DNA of 64,000 nucleotides from Pelomyxa schiedti (taxonomy: Eukaryota; Protista; Evosea), in the NCBI GenBank assembly GCA_020536535.1, contig JAHLWZ010000277.1, positions 62,001 through 126,000 of the forward strand, read 5' to 3'. Position numbers and translations under genes: made by a program. Positions within the stretch are counted from its first letter, which is position 1; each line of letters opens with the position of its first letter. Positions 36,901 to 48,413 of the stretch are shown piece after piece. The notes beneath the pieces were generated by a model. It made no database searches and was not told where the DNA came from. It was given only the letters and a program-made list of their open reading frames with translations.

Positions 36901-39900
36901 CCCTTCCACCTGAACAGCAACAACAAGTTCTGTGTTTCGAGGACCAGAGAAAAGAAAACCAACGGATGGTTGTCTTCTGCACCAATGTGGCTGAGACTTC
37001 CCTTACTGTTCCTGGTGTTCAGTTAGTTTTTGACTCTGGCCTCGCAAAGGAAGCCAGCTATGACCCCCAGAGAAGAATTAATGTGCTCGAACTGAGGTAC
37101 ATCTCGCACTCTTCCTCAGAGCAGAGAAAAGGTCGGGCTGGAAGGGTGTGCAATGGACACTGTGTCAGACTACATACAAAAGAGGCAATAACTAGGCAAT
37201 CTATTGAACCAGAGATAATACGTTCCTCTCTAGATTCTGTGGTACTTCATCTGAAAGGAATGAATCAAGATCCACTTGTTTTCCCCTACCTATCTCCCCC
37301 ACCTCGCCAAAGCTTGTTAGACTCAATTTCTCAGATGACTCGCCTCCAACTTATTGACTCCTCAGGGCATGTAACGCCACGGGGCACTCTTGTCTGTGGT
37401 CTTGAGTTTGAGCCACGCTTGGCCAATTTTGTGCTGTCGATCATGGATAACCAATACAATTGCCTTGATACTGCCCTAGGAATAGCGGCAATACTCAGTG
37501 CGCCCGGCAGTATTTTTTTCATGGGGGACAAATCGAACCGATTTACAGTAAAAGGAAACATCAGTGCCCGCGCTGCCTCTTTTGATAGTGACCTTCTCTT
37601 TTTGTATGATGTCTACCTCAGTTGGTGTCAAGTTGGCCTTGTTGACAATGGGAAGTGTTCAACTTGTGCTAAGCACTCCCAGAAAGTTATCTGCAATCCA
37701 TGTCGTACTTCTTTCTCGGTCATTAACGGTCTGAACCATAAAGTTATGAAGGCTGTAGACAGGTTGTTTCAGATGACGAAATTTACACTCTCACAACAGA
37801 AGTCTACTATACAGTCAATGTCTTCTGCACTACCAAACAAGTCTGTCATAGCACTCGCTATTGGGGATGGCCTTAGCGGAGCTTACCTCGACCAACTTGT
37901 GGAAGTCTTAGTTCCCCGTTCCCCTAACAAGGGTGTACGCATAGTAAATCAGGAAATGAGGGCTAGTATTGAGTCTACCTCATGTGTTCTTCAACATCAT
38001 AGTGAATCGCGTTATTACTTGGCTATGAAAATAGTAAAACTTCCAAGTGGACAATACTTTGTGGATCAGCTTCACCCCATTTCTGAGCAGACTCTGGCGA
38101 AATGTGATCCCACTTGGTGTAATATGCACCACGTTCCTTCTGTACCATTTCTGGCTAAAGAGTGGCCCAATATAGGATATGTATTTGAAAGATTGTGCCA
38201 AGACAAATGTTCTATAACCCAAGGAAAACCTGAACGGTGGCATACAATGGTACACGACAATGCCAGACATACTTTAAAACTGTTTTGCCCGCAAATCTAT
38301 CGTGAAGCTCTCATTGAAGAAGTCGGTAGATGCATACATGAAGAACGAGAAAATATGATTTCTCAAACAACCCGTGAAGTGGTAGGTAATGGTAGTGCAC
38401 GTGTTACCTTTGGTGGGGGCCTTAAAGTTATTGAATCAAGCATTGCACTGATAACCACGGAGCAACGGTTTACCTTTGATCACCTTCCATCTATTTCTAG
38501 TACCAGAGATTTTAAGCAGTGGGTATCCAACGAGCTACATTTGTCTGAGAATGAGATTGGTTGGTGCAAATTTGATACACAAAAACACAGGGGGGTTCTT
38601 CTTTCCTCTGATCTTCCTGACACTGCCAACAAAATCCGAGCAAACTATACCAAATGGCAGAGCTCCCATCTGAGTGCTGTTAGCAGTGCAAGTAATCTTA
38701 CAGTCTCTGCAAAGGAAAATCACTACGGAAAACAGCTCAAAGCAACAACAACTGCCTCATTCACTGATGAACAAGTAAAAGCATACTTTCCGGGTTGTGT
38801 TAATGCTACTGTTGTTGCGTCCTCAACTGTGTTGAAAATGTTTGGAGTACCAAGTGCAATCACACAACAAGTTCTTTCTTCCATGCTCTCAACGATTGGA
38901 ACTTTCAAAATAAATGTAACACATACAAGTATGTCTGGGAAAGCTAATGCCTTTGTGAACCGCATTCAAGAGAATCAGAAAGAACGAATCCTCCTAGCTT
39001 TGGAGCCACTGCAACAATCAAGCAATTTCTTGTGCGACTCTCCAAAACTTCAATGGGATACTGACTACATATGGGTGGTCACTTTCTCCTCCACATGGGA
39101 AACCGAAGAAGCATTCGAACATATAAAGGGTAATAAGGCATTTCGTGTTGAGGCATCCAACCAAGTTGAGATACAATACCCTAGGCTTTTCAATCTTCCA
39201 GACATGTTCCAAAGAATAAATACCAAGTGTAGAGATACTGTTAAATTCAACTTAAAAGAAGTCTCTGCCTTAAAAGCATTTGTGACTGTACATGGACAAC
39301 CAACAAGTTGTGAAAAAGCTTGTGAGCTGTTGCTCACCTGTACTCGCCCAGTCAAGTTACGAGTGGATGAAAAGGATCCTCAGCGATTTCTTATGTTTTC
39401 AGAGCTTGTTAACAACCGAAATCTTTCAAATTGGGCCGCAGAATTAGGGCTTCAAGTTTGTACAAAAACAATCCCAGCACGCCACCAAATACTTGAGATA
39501 ACAATTCACGGGCCCGTTTCTCAACAAAGTATTCTAATGGTGAAAGTTGGTGATTACTCTAACGTCTTCTCAACCCGGTTTTCAATGCTAAGATTCCACT
39601 CTTTGGATAACACAAAGTTCCAGATGGGGCACGCAGCATGGCAAGTCTTAAAAACCATTTCTGAGAAGTACGGGTCTACTGTACAATTTTATGAACATTT
39701 ATCAGTAGTCGCCATTGTTACTCCAACACAACTAAAGACAGTTGAGTGCCGCAATGAAGTCCTCCAAGAACTCAAGGATAAATGCAAAGTTCGGGAAGTG
39801 GAACTGCATTGCGTTTGCTGTCAGAGCCCAGGTAACTTATCCCTTCGCCTATGTGACCACTGCTACTGCACTAAATGCCTGGAGAAGCACGCGCAGTCAG

Positions 39901-42050
39901 GGAAGTTTCCTGTGCAATGCATTTCTTGTAACAGTCCAATTTTATTGAATGATTTGCAGGACCACTTATCTAAGGAAGCGTGGAAAAAAGCTTGTGATCT
40001 TAGTGTTTGCTCATTCCTGCGACCATCAACCCCCGGAGTTGGAATAATGGAGTGCCCCTCAAAATGTGGTTCGATATTACCTAAAAGAGCTCTGTACCAA
40101 GATTGCCAAGGGTGCCAGAAAAGTGTGTGCCCTGTTTGCTCTGCTGTAGATGAGCCAGGCCACATCGGACGAAATTGTGACGATTTTCAAGAATGGAAAC
40201 GTGATATGGTATCTTGCCCAAATGGATGTGGTGAGCTAGTCAGCAAAAAGAGGATGTACCACGCTTGTAAGAATTGTGGAGCCACAGTCTGTGGTGAGTG
40301 TGGGGTGTGTAATAATGACTGGCATCTTCAACGCACCTGTCAGCAGTTCACTGATTACAAGAATGACATGGTGAAGTGCCCTGATAAGTCATGCAATGGA
40401 TTTGTAAGCAAAACAGCTGGGCCAACTTACTGCAATTCATGTGCCAACTCTGTGTGTGGTGCTTGCCAGACCATAAATAACGATCTTCATTCACGTCGCT
40501 CCTGCGTTGAGTTCCGCCGATTGAATTCTCTGGGAATGACAATTTGCCCCACTCATTGTGGTGGTGCGGTATTAAAAACTTATTCCCAATGTGACACCTG
40601 TAAGAGAATGGCTTGTGGAACTTGTGAGCGTGTTTCTGAGCCATTACATGCCGGTCGAAGCTGCAAAGAAACCCTGCAGCTTATTTCTGAAGGAAGGAGA
40701 GTCTGCCCCCGTGATTCTTGCACTGGAGTAATTTACAAATCAACACCCTCTACGTGCACAGTTTGTGGATACTTTATTTGCACCACCTGCCAAGTGGAAT
40801 CAAATAACACACCCCACATGAAAAAAACCTGTGCCGAGTTCCAAGAATACAAAAACCATGACGGTATCATCGATAAGTTGATCTCTGATTCCATAGAATG
40901 GGCACGTAAAAACTGGGATGTTACAATGCCACATATACAACAAATTATTCCAAACCCTGGGCTGGTTAAGCGGTGCCCAGCAATCCTGAAATTCCTCAAG
41001 ATGATTCCGCGTGGATTACGCTTTCTTCCGAGCAATACTTTCTTTGCGTGGCATGGCTCAACTGAAACCGGAATTGTAAACATATGTGATGAAGGCTGGG
41101 ACACAAGTAAACGCGCAGGCCAAGTTCATGGCCCTGGAGAGTACTTTGGCATAAACTCAGCCATTTCTCAAGGATACTGCAAAAACGGGAACTTCATGCT
41201 CGTTGCCCTTGTTCTCCAAGGATCATGGGTGACACTGATCCGGGATTTCTGCTTCGTGGTAAACAACCCAACAGGTGCAGATACCGGCTCTTATTGCCTG
41301 CCATTAAGTGTAGTTGTATTTGGAGCCAACAAGCAGCCCCCATTCAAACTGTACCCAAGTGTTCCCTTGTCCCACAATTCATCTTCAACGCCAACCACAT
41401 CCACAGCTTCTGCAACCACAGCAGTCACACCGACGTCAAACTCAGAGTGGAAGATGCCGTTTTGGTGGCACTGGATGACGAACGAGCGGTCGTACGAGCC
41501 CTACACCGCCGCTGTCAATCTGATAATCGAGCGGATGCACGAGGACTACGTTCGCGGAAGCTCCTTCACCGCCCTGACGCCGCCGATCCGCCGCTACGTC
41601 GACGAGAAGCACCAGTCGTACGCGATCGACTTTGTAAAGGGCACGCAGACCAACACCGCGACGTCGTACTCGCGCTCGATTGTACGCAAGGCAGTTCCTG
41701 TGTCTGGAAGCTGCAACTGGCAGTGGCAGGACGATTCTGGGAAGTGGGTCCCCTTTGAGCTTCTGTCTCAGGATCTCGTCGAGAAGGCGTACCAGGCTTA
41801 TAGACAGGGCAAACCCGGGGTATACACCTTTTAATTTAAACACAATACAAGTCACAATATCAATATCAATCTCAACAGACACTACCATAACCCCACTCTT
41901 CATCTTTAAGTACACAATGTCTCTAACTCAAAACAGACCATTGACAATTTGAGGTTTCCCGGCAGCCCTGATGCATACTCCCTGGATTTCATCGCCGGCA
42001 CACAAACAAACGCCAAGACAAACAAAACCAGGTCAATAAGGAGGGAATGA
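33993..42050 (+). CDS. Multidomain Q/P-rich-RRM-RRM-DEAH helicase-HA2-RING-IBR(x5)-PARP catalytic-WWE-WWE protein, five exons
   Basis: AETGSGKT (~36087-36110), TQPRAIAA, DEAH (36477-36488), SAT, FLPGQGE, TNVAETSLTVPG, QRKGRAGR. C3HC4 RING from 39810, five C6HC repeats (~40050-40850), WHGS..GPGEYF..SQGY, two WWE units. Introns ~35369-35409, ~35811-35857, ~36361-36456 and 41820-41936 join these in frame. Confidence 0.9.
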
Positions 42051-42126
42051 CAGCGTTTCCCTGCGCGAAGAAAATCTTAAAAAACAAGAAAAATTGTTGA
42101 ACATACGAAAAAAAAAACCCACAGTG

Positions 42127-44016
42127 ATGCGAACGGTTGTGGTGTTGATCGCCGCATGTTGTGGCGCCGTCTATGCTCTAAACAATGGTTAGATCTCCTT
42201 TCCTTTGTGCTGGCATTCAACAGTGTTGCGAAGGTCTGGGGCTCACGCCGCAGATGGGCTGGAACTCATGGAACCACTTTGGGTGCGACATAAATGAAGA
42301 CTTAATCAAGTACAGTCCTTTTTTCTCTCCTTCCCCTTTGCCTTTAAATATGACCCTTCACACAGGGGCACAATTGACCAACTTGTGTCTACTGGGCTCG
42401 CTGCAGCCGGTTACAAGTACAACCTAATCATTCCCTAAATACGTGATCCTTACTCTCCTACAGATACGTTAATCTGGATGATTGCTGGCAAGTAAGTCAC
42501 TCACACCTTGGTGCTATAGTGTTTCCCCTTTAAACACAAATGCAGACTGAAAGAACAGCAGATGGCACGATTGTTGCTGATCCAGTAGCATTCCCTAGTG
42601 GGATACAGGCTCTTGCTGACTATGCTCACTCAAAAGTTGTTTAATTCTAAATATTATTCCACTAACATTTGCACCTAGGGCCTGAAATTCGGTCTTTACT
42701 CAGGTCTCCCACTTACTAAGCCTAGGTTTTCCAATTCATTGCTTCACAGATGCAGGAAAACGAACTTGTGCAGGAAGACCTGGCTCTCTTGGATATGAAA
42801 CACAAGCATGTCATGATTGTTATAATCTTTCAATAACCATTTGTATCAGGATGCCAAGACCTATGCTTCTTGGGGAGTGGATTATTTGAAGTCTGTACAC
42901 TTGAAATGTATCTAACATTAGCGGTTAACTCTGTGTACAGATACGACAATTGTTACTCAGGGTTCACAGATCCCCAAGATAGATATCCACTAATGCGCGA
43001 TGCCCTCAACATCACAGGTTTTTTGCCTTCCTTAAATCACTTGTATTCACATCCATTTTAAGGCCGGCCCATATTTTATAGGTAAGCCTCCCTTTTTGGA
43101 AGTTTCATTGACAGTTGTATGTACTATAGTATCTGCGAATGGGGCATTGATGAACCTGCCGTGCGATTACCATATTTATTTATTATTATTTAATGGAAAT
43201 AGTCTTGGGCTGATCAAGTTGGAAACAGCTGGCGCACCACCTTTGATATCAGTGATAACTGGCTTGATGTAATGGAAATCATGAATCGCAATAATAATTG
43301 GGCAGACTATGCTTATCCTGGTGCATGGAATGATCCAGGTGCACATTATGTGGGACCTTCACACCAATTTCAACATTTGATGAAAAGATATGCTGGAAGT
43401 AGGGAATGGCGGTATGACAGACACAGAGTATCAATCTCACTTTAGCTTGTGGGCTGTGGTGAAGGCACCCCTGATCATTGGCTGTGATATTACAGCAATG
43501 TCAAACGCCACATTCGACATTCTCACTGCTCAAGAGCTGATTGCTGTTAACCAGGATCCTCTGGGTACTTACCATTATTCTTGCTTATCTCACTTTATCA
43601 GGAGAGCAAGCAAGACGTGTTGCGGAATATGTTGGTACACTTCCATTTTTCACGTTAACACCTTTTATTTACCAAAAATAGACACTGAAGTTTGGAGTGG
43701 TGCACTCTCTGGTTGGCCAAATCCCAACTACCTGAAAGTGCCCAACTAATACTTGAAAGGTGGAAAATATGTTGGTCTCTTGCTCAATAAGGGTCTTGTA
43801 ACCCGCGATGTGGAAGCTAAGTTTTCTCTGATGGGGATGACTGACACCACTTCATGCATAGTGAGGGACCTGTGGGCTCAACAGTATGACTTAATTTTCC
43901 CCTTTCACTCAGAGAATGCCTAACGCAACAACAGGAACGTGGGAGTATTCACAGGGCACGTAACCTTCAAGGTGCCTTCCCATGGTGTAGTTGTTATCTC
44001 TCTTACCCCTCTGTGA
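42127..44016 (+). CDS. Secreted alpha-galactosidase (GH27), about 16 introns
   Basis: Signal peptide, [79 protein letters not shown]. Confidence 0.96.
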
Positions 44017-44299
44017 AACCAAAAGTCACAACATGATCCCTATTTATTCTTCCATACACTTTCGTTCCTTTACTCAATGGGAACTTCGTCCCATGTCCAA
44101 CCCACAAAACCAGTTCATCACAGAAAAGTCTAGGTTTTTGGCTTCACGATTTTTACACCGTGCACCAATTTTTTTAGTTTGATTATCCTTACCTGCGTTT
44201 TTTGGCACTTTCCATTAAATCAGACGTGCCGATAAACACATTTTAAATTAGGGATCCGATACGATCCGTTTTGGTACAACGACAACAGTTGAGGACTAA

Positions 44300-47200
44300 A
44301 TGAGCCACGAGGTAAGAAATGCGTGGTCATTCCCCGTTAGTCCAGATCAATCAATCAATAAATTGACGTTGTTGGGTGTCGGTGCCTGTGTTTTTCCTCC
44401 TGTTTTTGTGTTTTTTTTTTTTTTGTGTGTGTTCCTTCCATGTCGCATACATCTGAGGTGCCTCACACACAAAAGGAAGACGACGAGGACGCGTGGTCTT
44501 GGCTGCAGAACTCTGACCGTAACCTCCAGGCTTTTTTTTTTTTTTTTTTCCCTCTCTATTTTGTTCTTGTTTCCTTCCCATGTTGCTGTAATTCTCCAAC
44601 CAATTGTGACAATAACAGCAAACACTGTAAATATTGACCTTCGCGATGACTCGTCACCCCCACCACCTGATGGGCCGCCGCCTCCTGATGTTGTTCCTCC
44701 TTCCACAAATGTAAAACTATCAAGCACTCCACCACCGCCACTCCCACATCTCGCCCACCAAGTCGAAGTGCAACAGTGTCCTTCTGATGCCGAAGCAGTG
44801 GAAGCTGACCTGAATGCAGAGGATACACCACTTCCACCACCAAAAGTCCCAACGCCACCACCCCCACCTCCACCACGGCAAACCGAGCTGAGACTACCTG
44901 TTACACATCACCGGCACCGCATTCACTCCACTCCAATCTCTTTTCCCAGGCAGTCTGGTGGTGAGTCACCTCAGCCTGATGGTTCTGTGTTGCATTCCTC
45001 TACCTCAATGTCATCCATCCACCCACGCAGCACCTCTGCGTCTCCCAGTCCAAAGCACACGCGCCACAAAAGTGCAAATTCAAATTCTAGCTCCCCCAAA
45101 CAGAAATGCTCGAGTCCTCCACCTCCACCTGCTGATGATGAACCACCTCCTCCTCCGTTTTTGACTGAAGACGAACCTCCGCCACCCCCACTCCCGAATG
45201 ACGACGAACCTCTGCCGCCGCCACCACTTCCTGCAGAAGATGAACCTCTGCCTGCTGACGACGAACCTCTACCTCCTCCACCACTTCCTGCAGATGATGA
45301 ACCCCCCCCCTCCACCCCCTGTTCCTGCTAGTGACCCTAGCCAACGAACCATTTGCACCCCAACGAGGATTGTGCCACTTCAATCCTCCCTCAAAAGTGC
45401 AAGTGCCATCTTATCCACTTCTCTTTCCGTTCCTCCACCTTTGCGTGTACCCACTGCATCAAGGCAAATAACCTCATCAAAGTCTGAGGTTCCTATCGTA
45501 GTTTCCCCTCCAAAACCTCTTCAAGGTATTCTCCCGTGCTGTATTTAGTGTTATGTTTATTCTTGGCCAGGACCATCTTCCCCGCAACCGTCACCAGAGA
45601 TCAGGCCAAATGCTCTTACTCCACCTGACTTGGAGACAGGGTCTTTGACGGCTACATGCTATTCCCCAGTCCCTAGCTCTTCACCAGTTGCTAGTTTGTC
45701 ACCAGTCGCCAGCTCCCTATCCACAGACGAGATACTGGGGAGCCCGATTTCCAGTTGTGGGCTATCACCTACTTATCACAGCATTAGCTTGGGGGGCAGC
45801 CCAATGATAAGACCAAGAACTTTGAGTTCACCTTCTACAGACGATACTGCCTCAACATCGGCAAGTTCAACACCACTTGAGGTGATCTCTGCCTCCATGG
45901 GTTCTACCCCAGGGACTCCAAACAGATGTTCCAACATATGCACTGATTGGATTGCCCATCTGACACCTGAAGAATTGGAATCGTTGTCTCCAATGATGAA
46001 CAAACGGAAAAAGGTAGCGGAGGAAATATTGTCCACGGAAGTCTTTTATGTTCGGCAGCTTGATACAATCATTGAGGCATGAAGAACAGTGACAATCAAT
46101 TTTTTGTCTGAACGAACTCAGAAATTTGTGGAACCAATGAAAACAAATGGCATGGGTTGCTCAAAAGATGAGATTTTCCAAATTTTTTCGAATATCCAGG
46201 GTTTCTTCCTTCCACTCTTTGTTCCTCCCTAATTGTTACTCTCCAAGTAATTAGAAATTGCCACGATAGGTGGGAACCCTCTTTATCTTTGATATTCTAA
46301 TGTATTCCAGGCTCAAAGATACAATAAATCATGCCCTTACGAGTTGGGGGGATAATAGTGGTCTTGGGGCTATTTTTCAACAAGCTACTATTCATATGGT
46401 TTTACTATAAACTGACTTTTTCCTTTCTCACAGACAACCTGGATAAAATTTTATAAGTACTATGTGAACAATTATGGTGTTTGCATGACTACTCTCAAAT
46501 CCACCTCAGATAAGTATCCAGAATTTAAGCACTATCTAGAGGTTTGCCATTGGCTTTTTCTTTTTTTAATTTAAAATGAGTCTCAACTTACAGAGCTTGA
46601 ACTACACGCCAACACTGGGTGGATTGAATCTCGAGGGTCTTCTGATTGCCCCAGTGCAACGCATTCCTAGATGTACAAATACATTTATTTTTATTATACC
46701 AACAAGGAATTTTTAGATGTACTCTTGCTCACTGATTTACTCAAATCCACTCCGCGAACTCACCCAGACCACACCCAATTGAAAGAGGCACTAGCAACAA
46801 TCAAAGAACTTGCTGATTACATAAATGAGCATAAGCATTATTCTGATAATGTGTGGTAGGGTCTCTTTTTTTTCTTTTTATTTAAACCTACACCACTTAA
46901 CCACAAACAAAAAAAGTGACCTGCAGGTAATCCAAGCCAAGTTTATTGACTTCACTGGACCTCCGCTTACTCTCAATGCCAAACGCCACTTAATTAAAGA
47001 CGGCCCCATACTTATTGACAAGGAAAAAGACCACTTATGGATATTCTCAGATATTGCTATAATTACGAGAGCAGAGCAAAAGAAGGGTGCTGGTCTCTTC
47101 AAGTAGGTCACCTCCATTCTTTCTGAAATTAAGGTAAAAAGGTACAAACAATGTCTACAACTGAAAACTGCAACTGTCCAAGCCGAAGAAGCTTGCAAAT

Positions 47201-48299
47201 TCCGTATAGTGTCGATGGAAGGTGCTTTTAGATGTCAGGCAGCTTCTGCTCCTGAGAGGGAAATCTGGGTAAAGGCCCTGAATGACGCTCTCACCTTAGC
47301 TCGGGATACTATGATAAAAAGTTTATTCGTCGACGAGGTATTTTGTGAAGAGATACCAGCAATGTAACCATTTCCAAGGTTTCTGAATCTGAAGGTTCTA
47401 AACGATTCAACGAAGTCAAAGAGGCCGAAATAGAAACCAAGAAATTGGCTGTTATTAATAAAATCTATGCGGCTGAGAAGGAATATCTCGCTGAACTGAC
47501 TTACACTTATACAGTTTGGCCATGTCCCATATCGTTTTCCCGATCTCACCGGCTTCTAAGACTTTTCTTGTGCCAATAAAGAAATGTGTTGACACCACTG
47601 CGATGGTCAAATTAGCACAATGTGAGGGGATTCTGTCAAACTTTGAGGCGCTCCTTACAGGTCACAATGAGTACGCACATGAAAATTGCTAACTCTGCGC
47701 TAACGCTCGGGAAAAGGTTCATGCAGGACTTGAGTGTCAAAGTCGCCGCCTGGAATGCAGAAAGCACACTTTCTGAAATGTTCACCAAGGTAATCTTTCC
47801 TCTTATCATTGCCAATTTAGTGTATCTCAGTCCCCTGCCTTTGTCCGTGCACTGGCAGAATATGTTACACGGCACCCTGATCAACTTTCTGTACTTAATA
47901 ATGCTATGAATTCCCAAGTATTTCATTTTTGGTTGACGGTACTACTGAATTTGCACTCACACGTGAATTACTTATTAACCGTCACACCTCCAGGATGTGG
48001 AAATCCGAGAAAAAAAGGAACTCAAGGTCCTTCTTGAGTTGCCCTTCAAACGGCTGGCGGATTATTACCTGGCCACACAGGTATCACCGCCCGACTTATC
48101 TTTATCCCAGGTGTTAACATACATCCAGGAGATGCTGCAGTACACCCCCAGGAAGAGCTCCGACTTTGATCCGCTCAGTAAGCTAGTTAACGAGCTTCAC
48201 ACTCTTACAGAGGAAGCGTCTGCTCAAACAAGAGCCGGAAGCAAGTCCGGCAGAAGACTCATGCCCATGCCTTCTACGAAGGCAAAAGGCAAATACTAG
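44300..48299 (+). CDS. Proline-rich RhoGEF with DH-PH-DH arrangement, multi-exon
   Basis: Poly-Pro N-terminus. DH1 RKKVAEEILSTEVFYV...LIAPVQRIPRY..LLTDLLKSTP. PH LIKDG..LWIFSD..EREIWVKALND. DH2 EKEYLAEL...LLELPFKRLADY..EMLQYTP. Confidence 0.88.
45118..45325 (+). repeat. Coding repeat PPPP(L)P(A/N)(D/E)DEP, about six imperfect copies
   Basis: Repeated ccacttcctgcaga(a/t)gatgaacc-type units in the RhoGEF N-terminus. Confidence 0.7.
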
Positions 48300-48413
48300 G
48301 CAATTGTGAACTAAACTTATGTAACTAAGAGAAGAAAATTTGAAACATTTATTTAACCACTGGTTGGAGTGGATCCTCCACTCCAAGTTTCCTTTACATT
48401 TATGACTGTGTGT

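Noticed and set aside
46384-46433. Third GC-AG intron
   Set aside because: An in-frame GT donor at about 46399 explains the junction equally well.
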